From: an uncultured Gemmataceae bacterium | Lineage (GTDB): Bacteria; Planctomycetota; Planctomycetia; Gemmatales; Gemmataceae | Assembly: GCA_963750165.1 (NCBI GenBank) | Contig: CAVVPN010000003.1 | Location: 2,304,001-2,368,000, forward strand | Length of the DNA stretch: 64,000 nt | Direction of reading: 5' to 3' | Shown here: positions 12,875 through 24,332 of the stretch, piece by piece | How the letters are laid out: each line of letters opens with the position of its first letter | Numbering within the stretch: the first letter of the stretch is position 1 | Position numbers and translations under genes: made by a program | Notes under the pieces: generated by a model | The model's input: only the letters and a program-made list of their open reading frames with translations | What the model was told of the DNA's origin: nothing | The model's database searches: none

Positions 12875-13785
12875 CCGGCACCTGTCGGGGTCAGGGGAGT
12901 GGGCGACGCGCTCAGCGGGTGCGCCGCCAGGAAGTCGTGGACCAGCGGCAGGATAGCGTCCCGTGCGTCCTCCAGCACCAGATGGCCGGCGTCGGGAAAC
13001 TCGTGGACTTCCGCGTTCGGGAAATGCCGCCGCCACTCCGCGAGGAAGTGAGCGTCAAACACGAAGTCACGCAGGCCCCAGCAGATCAACGTCGGCACGT
13101 CGGCGAAGCGGTGCAGGCCGCGCTCGACTTCGCTCACCAGGTCGTACGCGCGGTCATCGGGCCGCAGTGGAATGTCCTGCACGAAGCGCAGCACTGCCCG
13201 CCGCCGCTCCCAGCTGTCGTACGGCTCCAGGTAGCCCGCCCGCACATCCGCGGACAGTGGCCGCACCGCCCCAAGGCGGAGAGCGCCACGGACGAAGGCG
13301 TTCAGGCCGCGCACCAGCAGCGGCCCCAGCGGCGTGTTGCGGCACCAGTCGATTTGCCACGGCAGTTTTTTCGCCTTCGGCAGGTGGAACGCCGCCGTGT
13401 TCAGCACCACCAGCCGCTTGACGCGCTCCGGGAAGCGGTGCGCGAACAGCATGCCGATCATGCCGCCCCAGTCGTGCAGCACCAGCGTCAGTTGCTCGCG
13501 CAGCCCCAGGTGATCGAGCAGCGCCTCCAGGTCGCGGGCGCGGCGGTCGAGGGTGTAGTCGTACTGCGCGTCCGGCGGGCAGTCGGAGCGGCCGCAGCCC
13601 ATGTGATCGGGCACCACGCAGCGGTACGCGCCGCGGAGTTCCTTCACCAGTTCGCGGTAGTAGAAGGACCAGGTGGGATTGCCGTGCAGCATCACCACGG
13701 GCGCGCCGGCGCCCTCGTCGAGGTAGTGCAGGCGCCGGCCGTCGAGCGATAAAAAATGTCCGATAAATGGGTAAAGTGCGTTCAC
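12871..13785 (-). CDS. oleB: OleB-like beta-lactone decarboxylase (haloalkane dehalogenase-like alpha/beta hydrolase)
   Basis: LHYLDEG, MLHGNPTWSFYYR, PDHMGCGRS, LHDWGGMIG, LRFVQDIPL, WGLRDFVFD, AGHLVLED; GTG start overlaps the oleA stop. Confidence 0.88.
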   Translation of the reverse strand: MNALYPFIGHFLSLDGRRLHYLDEGAGAPVVMLHGNPTWSFYYRELVKELRGAYRCVVPDHMGCGRSDCPPDAQYDYTLDRRARDLEALLDHLGLREQLTLVLHDWGGMIGMLFAHRFPERVKRLVVLNTAAFHLPKAKKLPWQIDWCRNTPLGPLLVRGLNAFVRGALRLGAVRPLSADVRAGYLEPYDSWERRRAVLRFVQDIPLRPDDRAYDLVSEVERGLHRFADVPTLICWGLRDFVFDAHFLAEWRRHFPNAEVHEFPDAGHLVLEDARDAILPLVHDFLAAHPLSASPTPLTPTGAG

Positions 13786-14825
13786 CACTCCAGCCCCAGC
13801 ATGAGACAGTTGAGGCCGCTGCCGATGCCCAGGAAGCCGACGCGGTCGCCCGGCCGCAGGAAGCCGCGCTCCTCCGCCAGCGCCGCCGTCAGCGGCAGCG
13901 ATACCGTGCCCATGTTGCCCAGGTAGGGGAACGTCGAAAATTCCTTCTCCGGCGGGATGCCCAGGGCGCGCAGCACCGTGTCGCGGTGGGCGGCGCCGAC
14001 CTGGTGGCAGATGACCTTGTCGATCTGCTCGCGCACCCAGCCGAGCCGCTGCTGGAACGCACTCCAGGTGCGCAGGCCGAGCGCGACGCCGTGCTTGAGC
14101 ACCGCCACGGGGTCCGTGCGCATGAACTGCCGCAGGGCGGCCGGCACGAGCAGCTCCAGGCCCCAGCGGCACAGTTCGTGGAACTGCGGCGCCGTTTGCG
14201 TGGTGCCGCCGACCAGGCGGTGCTTGCGTCGCGTCAGGAACGAGCCGTCCGTCAGCAGCACCGCCGCGGCGCCGCTGCCGCCGGTCAGTGTCGCCAGGCC
14301 GCTCGTGAACGCCGCCATGTCGCGCGTCTCCAGCAGCCGCTCGATGGTGATGTCGATGATCTCGCGCGACGTTTCGCAGGAGACGACCAGGCCAGCGCGG
14401 ATTTGCCCCAGTTCGATGCGGTTGGCCACGTCCACCATGCCGTTGAGCACGCCGAGGCAGGCGTTGCTCACGTCGTAAACCGCCGCGGACGACTTGACCT
14501 CCAGGCCGGCGGCGACGTGGCAGGCGGTGGCCGGCTCGAAGTGCTCGCGGCAGACGCCCGCGTAAATGACCACGTCGAGGTCGCGGCCGCGCACCTGCGT
14601 GGCGGCCAGCGCCTTGCGGGCCGCGGCAGTCGCGCCCTTGCTGACGGAGTAGCCCGGCTCCCACCAGCGCCGCTCGACGATGCCGGTCAGCGCTTCCAGC
14701 TGGCCGTCGGGGATGCGCAAGGCTCGGTAGACGGGGGCCAGCCGCGTTTCCAGTTCCTCGGAGGTGACGACCACCGGCGGCAGTTCGTAGCCGATGGCGT
14801 CCACAAAAACGCGCGTGTAGTTCAT
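13782..14825 (-). CDS. oleA: OleA-like 3-oxoacyl-ACP synthase III / acyl-CoA condensing thiolase
   Basis: LEALTGIVERRWW, EPATAC, DVSNACLGVLNG, ATLTGGSGA, ICHQVG, GNMGTVSLP, GIGSGLNC. Confidence 0.9.
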   Translation of the reverse strand: MNYTRVFVDAIGYELPPVVVTSEELETRLAPVYRALRIPDGQLEALTGIVERRWWEPGYSVSKGATAAARKALAATQVRGRDLDVVIYAGVCREHFEPATACHVAAGLEVKSSAAVYDVSNACLGVLNGMVDVANRIELGQIRAGLVVSCETSREIIDITIERLLETRDMAAFTSGLATLTGGSGAAAVLLTDGSFLTRRKHRLVGGTTQTAPQFHELCRWGLELLVPAALRQFMRTDPVAVLKHGVALGLRTWSAFQQRLGWVREQIDKVICHQVGAAHRDTVLRALGIPPEKEFSTFPYLGNMGTVSLPLTAALAEERGFLRPGDRVGFLGIGSGLNCLMLGLEW

Positions 14826-14833
14826 GCCCACTC

Positions 14834-17800
14834 TCAGGGCGAAGTCGTGGCGGGTGCCCAGGTCAATGCGAAATCGCTCAACTGATAGATTACGCGGCCG
14901 TCCACCGATAACCAGCCGTCCGCCATCAAGCGCTGCCGCACGTCGTCCACGGCGGTGACCGTCGCCTGCACCTCAACGCGGCGGCTGCTGGGCAGGACCT
15001 GGCCGCGGTAGACCCAGCGGTGCGGTTGCCCCGGCCGCGCCGTGTCGAAGTGCCAGTCGCCGCCGCGGCCCCAGCGCTCGACCGCCGTCACCTTGAGCAA
15101 CTGCAAAAACGCTTCCACGCCGAGCGAGCCGGGCCAGACGGGATCCTGGTAGAAGTGGGCCTTGAAGAACCACTCGCCCGGATCGACCGTCTTGCTGCCG
15201 GCGAGGAAGCCCAGACCAGGTGGGCCGCCGTCCAGCACGAAGCAGTCGATGCGATCCACCATGCGCAGCATCGTGTCCGGGAATGGCGCGTCCGTGGGGT
15301 AGGCGAACGTCCGACCGCGGGCCTGCTCGGCGGCGGTGGGCGCGTACGGTGCCGCGTCGCGGATGCCAACCTGCTGCGCCAGCGATGCCCGCGAAAAGAA
15401 GCCGAAGTACGTCTCACCCTCGTAGACGACGCGGCGGCCGTCGCGCACGGTGAAGGCGAAGTGGTTGATAATCATGCCGCCGGAGTTGGCGACTTTCGTG
15501 GCCTGCACGGTGGTGGTCAGGGTGCCGGCATCGGGCGCGACCGCGGCGTGCTGCACGGCGCTGCCGCCGAGGTTGCGGAAGCACAGGTCGTCGGGGCTGG
15601 TCAGGGCGGCGCCCATGTACGCGGCGAACCAACCGCACGGTTGCAGCGCCAGCTCCAGCAGCACCGCGAACGGCATGACGGGGTGGCGCTCGGCAGCGAA
15701 GTACCAGGCGTCGGGCGGCACATCGTACTGGGCCTCAATGGTGCCGCCGGCCACCAGCTTCCAGGGCTCGGCGTGGACTTCGGTGATGCGGTCGAGGATC
15801 TGGTACGGCGGCCCCGGCAACCGGGCGATGAAGCGCCGGTCGTCGAAGTCGCGCAGGCGCTCGCCGAACGCCTCGGAAGGTTTGCCGACCGCGAACGCCA
15901 GGATGTGGTGCGTGTCAAAAATGGCGGGCTTTTTCGCACTGTCCGCAGCCCAGGTCGCCGCGACCGCCTCCCGCGTCAGGCCGGTTAGCCGCAGCGTCAT
16001 GTCGGTGATGTCCACAATCGGCTTGCCGTCCGCGTACATCAACGCATCGACAATCGCGAATGCGTCCGGGTTGTAGCCAAGCTGCTTGACGTGGACCTCG
16101 TAGGTGACGACGCGCGTGGTTTCGGTGACCTGGCCGCGGCACTTGAGCCGGCTGGCGATGCCTGGCAGCGGATCGCAGACGACCTGCTCGCTCTCGGAAA
16201 TCCAGCCGAGCCGCAGCAGGAAAATCCGCAGCGTGTGCAGGCAGCACTCGTACATGAGCGTGCCGGGCATGACCCGGTCATCGACGAAGTGGCACGTCAG
16301 GAACCAGGCGTCCGGCCGGATGTCCGCCTCGGCACGGATCAGGCCGATGCCAAAGCGGCCGCCGTCCGGCTCCAGGGCGACGAGGCGATCCACCAACTTC
16401 ATGCGCCCGCCCGGCAGCCACAGTGACGCCGCCAGGCGCCGGCCCGCGAACGCGCCGCCGAAGCAGCCGTCCAGGTCGCCGCGGCGTAGGGCATCGAGCT
16501 TGCGCTCGTCGTAGCGCTCGGGGGCGAGCGGCACCGGCGGCCGCCAGTCCGGCGGCAGCGTGCCGCACCGTGGTTGGCGGTCGAGGCCGGGGCGCACGAC
16601 GCCCTTGCCCGCGGTCAGCTCCGCCGCGGTGAAGAAACCCGCGACGCCGTTGGTCATCGTCAGCAGCGGTTCGCCGTTGACCGTCCCCTCGAAGCGGAAG
16701 CGGAACAGGTACGTCTGGTCCTGGCGGAAAAAGTGGTCAATGTGGATGTCATAACGGATAATTGTGCCGGGGCCGGGCAGGCCGCGGTGGAACGTCACCT
16801 GGGCGTCGAGCAGGCGGTAGACCGCGAGGCCGCGCGTGATGAAGTCGATGCCGAGGTAGCCCGACAGGAACAGGTCCGCCTGGCCGGACTCGACCGCGAT
16901 GCAGACGGGGATGCGACCGCCGTCCAGATACCAGGCACCGGGCCGGATGTCGTGCTCGGTGACGACGCGGCCGGCGGTCATCGAGCGCGGTTCGCCCTCG
17001 ACGCTGAGGATGCGATCGACCAGCATCAGCGGCTCATCCGGCAGGCGGACGCGCGTCGGGTAGGTGTCCGCTTCGGCGAAGTCCGGGCCGAGCACCTTGG
17101 CGATGGCGCCGACCGCGAACTCCAGGCACTGGCTGCGGTCCAGGAACACGGCGGGTGCGGTGGGCAGCGCGATGGCAGGCGGCTGGGCTTCGAGCAGCGA
17201 CATTTGCAGGGATAGCTGGCCGCCGATCAGTTGCGTCAGCCGCGCGGCGAAACGCAGGTGGGCCTCGTGCGCCTGGTTGCGGGCGGTGGTCGTCGCGCTG
17301 AACTGCCGCATCAGTGGATCGCCATCGTGGGGCAGGCTTTCCAGCCTGCCTTCTTCCGTGGGGCAGACATTCCTGTCTGCCGAGGTACTGGTAGACAGGA
17401 ATGTCTGCCCCACAAGAGGGGGCGGCACCTGGAACGGTTCGCGGCGCACGGGCAGACGGAGCAGTCGCTCCGGAGCCGCAATTTCCGCGGAGGCAGTGTG
17501 CTCGCCGTACAGCGGCCGCAGGTCCACCGGCACGCGCTCGGTGATCAGCAGGGCCAGCACGCGCAGCAGACTGGTCACCTCGTCCTGGCCCGAGACGCAC
17601 ACGGCCTGGGCGGTGTGCGGCTGATCGCCGAGGATACGGCCGATCCAGCGCGTGCAACTGGCGCCGGGGCCGACCTCGACGAACAGTCGCACACTGTCCG
17701 CGTAGGCGCGGCGGACCACGGCAGGAAAATCGACCGTCTGCAGGGCCTGCGCCAGGATGGCGTCGGCGGCGCGTTTGCGCGTGACCTCGTAGGGAGCGGC

Positions 17801-20800
17801 CCAGGCGCTGCTGTAGAAGCGCACGCCGTCGGGGGCCGTCGTCGGCAGCAGGTGCAGGGCGCGGTAGGCGTCGGCGACTTCGCGGGCGATGTCGCAATGC
17901 ACGGTGCTGGCGCCGGGCAGTGGCAACACGCTACAGCCCAGCTCGCGCACCAACCGTTCCACCTCGCTGCGAGCGCCGCCGACGACGCACTCGGACGGCG
18001 TGTTGATTAACAGCAAATAGAGACGTTTTTTGTTGCCGATGGCGCGGCGCACATCGTCCGGCGTGCAGGGCACCACGCCGGCGAGCCAGTCCACGGGTTC
18101 GTTTGCCGCCAGGCCCCACGCCCGCCGCGCCGCCCGGTACTCGCCGACCAATTCGTTGCCGAACAGGTCTGACGCCTGCATCCGCGCCAGCATTTCGTCG
18201 CGCGCCGTCCACGCCCGCAGCCCGAACAGCGCCGCGGACTCGCCCAGGCTGTAACCCAGGGCCGCGTCTGGCCGCACGCCGAAGTCCGCCAGCAGGTCGC
18301 ACACCACCGTGCCCAGCGCCACCTGGGCGAAGATCATCGCCTTGTGCGGCACCTGTGCGAGGTTGGCCACCATCCCCCAGTAATGGTCCGGCACCAACTG
18401 GCTGCGCAGCCGCTCGTTCTCCCCGTCCTGGCGGCGCAGCACTTCCGGCCACTGCACCCCAAGCTGGATGCCCATATTGATGTAGTGGTTACCGGACCCC
18501 GGGAAGACGAACGCTAACCGTCCCGGGCCGGCGAGTGCTTCGTCCGTGAGGAACAGGCGCTCCACCCGTTCGTCGGCGGTCCCGCCGGCGAGGCGGGCTT
18601 CCGCCAGGTCGAGGTGCCGTAACAGTTCCTCGCGGTCGCCGGCCACCACGGCCACCGCCAGGCGCCGCCGGGGTTCGGGCAGCGCGGCGGCGAACCAGGA
18701 CCGGGCCAGGGCTTCTGGGGAGGCTGCGGCCTTTTCGGCGTGGGCGCGCAGCCGCAGCAGTCCCGCCCGCAACCCGGCCGCGTCGTCCGCCTCGACCACG
18801 AACAGGCCCGCGCGGCGCTCGCCGAACGGCTGGCGACGCTCCCTCCGCAATTGCGGAGTCTGCGCATTTTCATACTCTTCGAGGAGGACATGCAGGGCGT
18901 TGCCGTCCACGCTGGTGGCCTGGACGGCCGCCCGCCGCAGACCGGCGCCGCGGTCGCGCAGCCAGAACTGCACGTCGTTCGGCAGGGCATTGTGGTAAAG
19001 GCACAGGACGTTCCGCACCAGGGCCGCCATCCCGGAAGCCGCTCCACACGCGCCGATCCCCGTGAACACTTCCGTCAGTCCGACCGTCTTCAGGGGCACG
19101 CTGCCGTCCTCCGCGGCCCGCTCCCGGGAAAGCGCCAGGGCACCTGCCCCGCCGGCGCCACCGACGCTTTTCAAGACCGCGTAAATCCGATCCCCGTCGC
19201 GCCGCGCGTCCGCCAGGCGCTTGAGCACCACGGCCGCCGCGCCTTCGCCGATGACCTGGCCGTCCTCGGCCAGATAATCCCAGTTGGCGTCCGTCGCCAG
19301 CACGGCACGCACGTCGCCGGCCAGGTCCACGCCGCCGACCAGCGCGTGATCCAGTTCGCCCTGCTGCAGCAGCCGTGCCGCCACCAGCAATGCCCGCAAA
19401 CCGCTCGTCTCCTCGCTGGAGACGGTGAAGCTCGGCCCGCCGACGCGGAACGTGCGGGCCACGCGGCTGGCGACGATGCCGCCCAGTGCCCCCATCGTCG
19501 CGTTCGCCGTCAGCGGCGGCCCCACCGCGTCGCGCAATTGCCGCGTCCACACTTCCAGTTGTTGCGGCGTCAGGTTCAACCCCAGTTGCTCATTCCAGCG
19601 GCGTGCCTCGTTGAGCATCGCCCAGCGCAGATGAAAATTGGTGGTGTTCAGGTCCAGGCCGATGCCGACGAAGACGCCCATGCGCTGCCGCACCTCGTCG
19701 GCCAGCCCGGCGTCGCGCATCGCACCGTCCGCGACCAGCAGCATCAACAACTGCTGCGGCAGCATCTCTTCCAATTCGCGCGGCGGGACGCGGTAGCGCT
19801 CCGCGGCAACGTGCAGTTCTTCAATGAAATAACCGGCGTAATTGGCACTGTTCGGATGCTGTTCCCGGAACCACGCGCTGCGCTCGACGCCGCGCCACGG
19901 CAGTTCCCGCGACGGCGCGCACGCCGCATTGCCGAACACGCGCTCCTGAAACGCCCGCAGCCCGCGCCACCGGCCGAAGTGCGCGTCCATGCCGACGATG
20001 GCGATGTCCGGCGCCGCCACGGGTTCGGGCACCGACACGCTGACGGCAGCGCGCGGCAACCACTCCTCCAGCAGCACGTGGGCGTTGATGCCGCCGAAGC
20101 CGAAGGCGCTGACCGCGGCGCGGCGCGGTTGGCTGGCGGCGCGGCGCTCCCAGGGGATTTCCTCACCCAGCACGCGGAACGGGCCGTTGGCGTAATTGAG
20201 GCCAGGGTTGGGCGTGGAGAAATTCGCGGTCGGCGGCAGCACGCCGTCACGCAGCGCGAACAGCACCTTGAGCAGTCCCGCCGCGCCGGCCGCCGTCAGC
20301 GTGTGGCCGACGTTCGACTTCACCGAACCGAGGACGCACTGGCCCGGCCGCCAGTTTTCTTCTGCCCACAGCTCGCTGTAGACTGGCGAACTCGACCGCG
20401 TCGCCGGTGGGAGTGCCAGTGCCATGACACTCGATCAGATCCACGTCTGCGGGCCGCCAGCCGGCCGCGGCGTAGGCCGCTCGCAGCGCCCGCAGCTGGC
20501 CCTCCGTGCTCGGTGCCAGCAGGTTGCCCTGCACGTCGTTGGACAGACCAATGCCGGTGATGACGGCGTAAATGCGGTCGCCGTGCCGCAGCGCGTCGTC
20601 GAGGCGCTTCAGCACCAGCACGCCGGCGCCCTCGCCGACCACCAGGCCGTCGGCCCGCGAGTCAAAGGGGGCGCAGCGGCCTGCCGGCGACAGCGCCCGC
20701 AGCTGCGAGAAGCCCATCTGCGTGTACAGGCAGTCCGGCCGTGACAGGCCGCCAGCGAGCATGGCGTCAGCGCGGCCGCCTGCCAGTTCATCGACGGCCA

Positions 20801-21395
20801 ACTTGAGCGCGTACAGCGACGAGGCACAGGCGGCGTCCAGCGTGTAACTGCCGCCGCCGAGGCCGAGGCCCTGCGCCAGCAGACCACCGGGCAGTCCGGC
20901 GACGTAGCGGTTGAGCGGTTCGGTCGTGAGGCCCGCGACGACAGGCTGGCCCAGGATTTTTTCGGCGAAGGTGCGGCCCAGGATGTCGCGCGCCAGCGCC
21001 GACGCCTTCTCCGTCGGCAGCACGATGTTGCCGAGCACCACACCGACGCGGCGGCGGTCCAGCGGTTCGGTCACGGCGTCTTGCCACGCCTGGCGGCCGG
21101 CGTGCAGCGCCAGATGGTACATCGGGTCGAGGCGTGCGAGCAGGTCCGGGTCGAGGTCCAGGCCGGCCGGGTCGAGGTGAAAGTCTTCGATGAAGCAGCC
21201 GCGGCGCGAGTAGCAGCGGTCGGGCTGTACGCCCGCGGCGATGACGTCATCGGGGTCGAGCAGCCAGCGGCCGGGCGGCACGTCGTGCGCGGCGTCGCGG
21301 CCGTGGCGGACGTTGGCCCAGAAATGCGCGAGCGTCGGCGCCTGCGGGAAGATGCCGCCGACGCCGACGATTGCGACGGGGGGACAGGGGTTCAT
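14834..21395 (-). CDS. pfaC: PUFA synthase PfaBC/Pfa3-like (KS-CLF-AT-FabA-type DH/pseudo-DH domains); frameshift near 20380
   Basis: KS: TLDAACASSLY, ECHGTGT, SVKSNVGHT, SAFGFGGINAH; CLF: FTVSSEETSG; AT: FPGSGN, GYSLGE; DH: WFLTCHFVDDRVMPGTLMYE, WFFKAHFYQDPVWPGSLG. ORFs 20247..21395 and 14834..20425 join. Confidence 0.88.
17326..17413. repeat. REP-like palindromes (GTGG family C) inserted in frame in the PfaBC AT-DH linker
   Basis: cgtggggcaggctttccagcctgcc + gtggggcagacattcctgtctgcc...gtagacaggaatgtctgccccac; translates as VGQTFLSTSTSADRNVCPTEEGRLESLPH; same units at 26719-27066 and intergenically at 62784-62844. Confidence 0.85.
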
Positions 21396-21405
21396 GCCGG
21401 AAAAA

Positions 21406-21475
21406 TGTCAGGGTCTGTTTCGACCTCACGAAGCAAAAGGGAATCAGGAAGGTCGAAACGGGTCCTGACGCCTTT
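21406..21475. repeat. imperfect inverted repeat (family D) just upstream of pfaBC
   Basis: tgtcagggtctgtttcgacct ... aggtcgaaacgggtcctgacg; the right arm recurs at 23779-23805. Confidence 0.7.
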
Positions 21476-21936
21476 GCAGTTTGCTTACTCACCGACCACC
21501 CGCCGAACTTCCTGCTCAATCCCAAGAAACGACTCTTGGCAGATGGTTATTCGGGTCATGATCCCGTCTTTTGTGAATCGGTCATTAGGGTGACAGCGTC
21601 GAGTCAAGACATAAAGCCTTGTGTTGGATAGCGAGGACGCGGTTTCTTCAAAACGATGGAACTCGGTTGGTTTGATATTCAGGTCAGAAACGACCACGAA
21701 CAGGTATATGGCTTCCTCTGAGACGATGCATGTTGTTGGCACACGCTCGTTGTCCTTCCAGGCCAAGAATGTAAATTTCTGCCCTCGCAGTTGTCGCAAC
21801 TGTTCTTCCGTCTGGCGAAGCATCGAATCAAACTCGTTTCTCTTAAAACCCAGATCCATCTTGACATCGACGAAGGCACAAATCCGTGAACCCTGGCAAA
21901 TTACCAGATCGGGTTTAATCCGTGATCGCCCTCTAC

Positions 21937-23455
21937 CTTGGCAGTCGCACTTTTCCGAGTGCTCAAACCGCGAGATTTACGCAGTTTTTCAGCGCTTCGA
22001 TGAGTTTCAGGAGTTCCGTTGCATCGGCCGACTTGGGTTTAATTAGGGCGTTCAAAGTCGCCCGCCGCAACACGGCAACCATATGACGCAACGACCATTC
22101 ACTCTCCCAGGGTCCCATCACTTGCGCAATTCCTCCGCCTCCGGCAACTGCCGACCGGCGGTAAGATACCACACCATCACGACGCTCTGCAACGACCACA
22201 CCCACGGCGCCACCTTCTCCACCGCTTCCCGACTGTAGTGTTGTGGCGCCTCGAGGTCCAGCACCTGTTTGCTCGCCCGGAACAGTACCTCAATGGACCA
22301 GCGCCAGGCGAACTGCGTAATCACCCACCCCACGTCCGCACGCACGTCGGTCGTGAACAGGTAGGCATCGTCCAACTTCCCGTCCGGGTCGCGCACCACC
22401 ACCACCTGCACCGGCCGCAACCCCAACACCCGCGGCCACACCGCCCGGTAGGCGAACGCCCGCAGGACGCGCTGCTCCCCGTAGACGGTCACCGTCACCG
22501 CCTGCCACACCCAGTCCCCGGTGGCCACGCGCTTACGGTCGGCCTTGGCGGCGGCTGCTTTGGGGTTGGGCAGACGCGGCCCCTTCTGCGCCTTGCGGCC
22601 GCGCCGGCCGGGCTTGGCCTGAGGCAGACGCGGGTCGTACACGGCCGCGTCGCCGCGCAACCGGCCGACGAAGGTCACGCGCTCGTCCAGGTCCGCCAGC
22701 AGCGCTTGGGCCGCGTAAGCGCCGTCGGCCACCAGGGTAAAGCGCCGGCCGGGGAACCAGGCCAGCACTTCGGCGAGCAGCGCGCGCGCCAGCAGTGGGC
22801 AGGACGGCTGCGCCTGGCCGGGCCGGTGCAACCGGGCCAGCAAGGGCAACGCCAGGATCGGGGCGTTCGCGAAGGGCAGGCAGACGGCGACGGCGACGAC
22901 CACCCAGTTGTGCCCCGCGGCCGTGGCGGTGCGTTTGCGGGTCGAGGCGACGGCATCGCGGAACCAGCCGAGGCCCCAGACGTGCTTGCCGCGCTTGTGG
23001 GCCAGGGTGTCGTCCACCAACAGCGTGATGGTGCCGCCCAGGTGGAGGCGCGTCAGGATGAGGACGGCGACGTGGTAGGCCAACCCGGTCACGGTCCAGG
23101 CGGAGCGCGCAAAGAAGTTGTAGGTGGTGTCCAGGCCGTGGCGCCGGGAATGGTCCCGCAAGTCTTGGGGTTGGGCGGTGTCGGCGACGCGACAGAGGCG
23201 GTGCTGGCCCAGGCACATCACCCAGCCGAGCACGAGTTGGCAGTGGGTGTGGAACGAGGGCAGGGTGAAGGCCGGGGCGAGGGCTTGGACGATGGGCTGG
23301 AGAGAAGCTATCATCAGCCACATGAGGGGCTCCTTCCGGCGAGTGCATGGCTTGAGAACCTATGCACAAACTTAGGAGGAACCCCTCTCTCTTTCTGCGA
23401 CAGCCCCGTGACACTATCGGTGTTCGTCTGTTCATGGAAGCGTGCGACAGTTCAG
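21937..23455 (-). mobile_element. IS701-family-like insertion sequence, 1519 bp
   Basis: Imperfect terminal IRs cttggcagtcgcacttttcc / rc ctgaactgtcgcacgcttcc; 4-bp direct repeat CTAC at 21933-21936 and 23456-23459; encodes a DDE transposase. Confidence 0.85.
21963..23323 (-). CDS. DDE transposase (IS701/IS4-like); frameshift near 22120
   Basis: LLVDDTL, GHNWVV, LVADGAYA, FTTD, FAWRWSIEVLFRASKQ; C-terminus MGPWESEWSLRHM...NCVNLAV continues in a second frame. Confidence 0.88.
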
Positions 23456-23713
23456 CTACTCAAGGGCTGATTGATGAAAATCCGGTCTATCCTTGGAACT
23501 CGCTCAGCGAGGTAGAAAGCTAGAAGGTCTTCCGTTTCCGAAGACACGCTTCGGCTTTCGCCTCTGAACAACTTTGGATGCTCGTGGAGGGGTTTGCGCG
23601 ACCTCTGGTATGCATCGACAACAGCTTCCACGAAAGCTTCTGGTGTCATCCTCAAACTCCTGTTGGAAGAATTCTCGGCATAGTGTGCTGGTCCAGCGTC
23701 ATGATGAGGGCAA

Positions 23714-23769
23714 GGCCGGCTCCGGCACCTGGTTGCGGCGGAACGCCTCGGCCAGCGCCGCGTCCTGGA
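23714..23769. repeat. 56-bp direct duplication of the pfaA 3' end
   Basis: ggccggctccggcacctggttgcggcggaacgcctcggccagcgccgcgtcctgga is identical at 24348-24403. Confidence 0.92.
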
Positions 23770-23816
23770 TGTTTTCGTAGGTCGAAAAGGGGTCCTGACA
23801 CCTTTTTTTCGTTCCG

Positions 23817-24137
23817 CTACAATGCCTCACCTTCGGCCACCAACAGCGCTTTCAAGCCGCGGGCAATCAGGGCATCCCGACTAATGCGTTTCTTCTTCGC
23901 CAGGGCGGTACAGCGCTTGAGTAACGCTTGTTCCAGGCGCACGGCGATGGTCTGTTGCTCCGCACCTGCCTCGACGTGGGGCGGCTTAACTTTGGCACGT
24001 TCCCAGCGTGTTTGCAGAGAAGGGGTGAGCGGTTTCGCCTGGTCCGCCACGAACTCCGCATCGAACTCCTTCGTGGCTTCCCGAAGTTCCGCCGTCGTCA
24101 TTTCCCAGTACGGTTTGCCAGGGGCTTTTCGGCTCAT
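23817..24137 (-). CDS. putative antitoxin with C-terminal ribbon-helix-helix (CopG/BrnA-like)
   Basis: MSRKAPGKPYWEMTTAELREATKEFD...TIAVRLEQALLKRCTALAKKKRISRDALIARGL; ATGA-coupled to the upstream toxin remnant. Confidence 0.7.
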   Translation of the reverse strand: MSRKAPGKPYWEMTTAELREATKEFDAEFVADQAKPLTPSLQTRWERAKVKPPHVEAGAEQQTIAVRLEQALLKRCTALAKKKRISRDALIARGLKALLVAEGEAL

Positions 24138-24258
24138 GTTCGTTTTCTCCGCCGATAGCGTTTCGTTTCGCTTGCCGGATGACCGTTTCCGCTTCTTCCC
24201 AGTCCACGCCATGCTCGGCCAGATGGTCCCGGTTCCAGTCAATCCACCGAAACTCCAT
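24134..24258 (-). pseudogene. BrnT-like toxin remnant with internal deletion
   Basis: N-terminus MEFRWIDWNRDHLAEHGVDWEEAE is fused directly (other frame) to the C-terminal KRYRRRKRT*; the core is missing. Confidence 0.6.
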
Positions 24259-24332
24259 GAACTTCTCCTATCGGCCATTGTAACGGGAGAAGGAAAACCG
24301 GGTAAGGCACAAGCCGGCAGGACATCTTCGTG

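Larger units (their letters stand above)
21485..23649 (-). pseudogene. PD-(D/E)XK-like nuclease (~213 aa) interrupted by an IS701-like element
   Basis: Removing 21937-23455 plus one CTAC copy restores the reading frame MTPEAFVEAVVDAY...INQPLS|RGRSRIKPDLVICQGSRICAFVDVKMDLGFKR...; PD...D-x-K motif; lower GC than the flanks. Confidence 0.75.

Noticed and set aside
12871..13785. Haloalkane dehalogenase
   Set aside because: Same fold, but its position between oleA and oleC supports OleB
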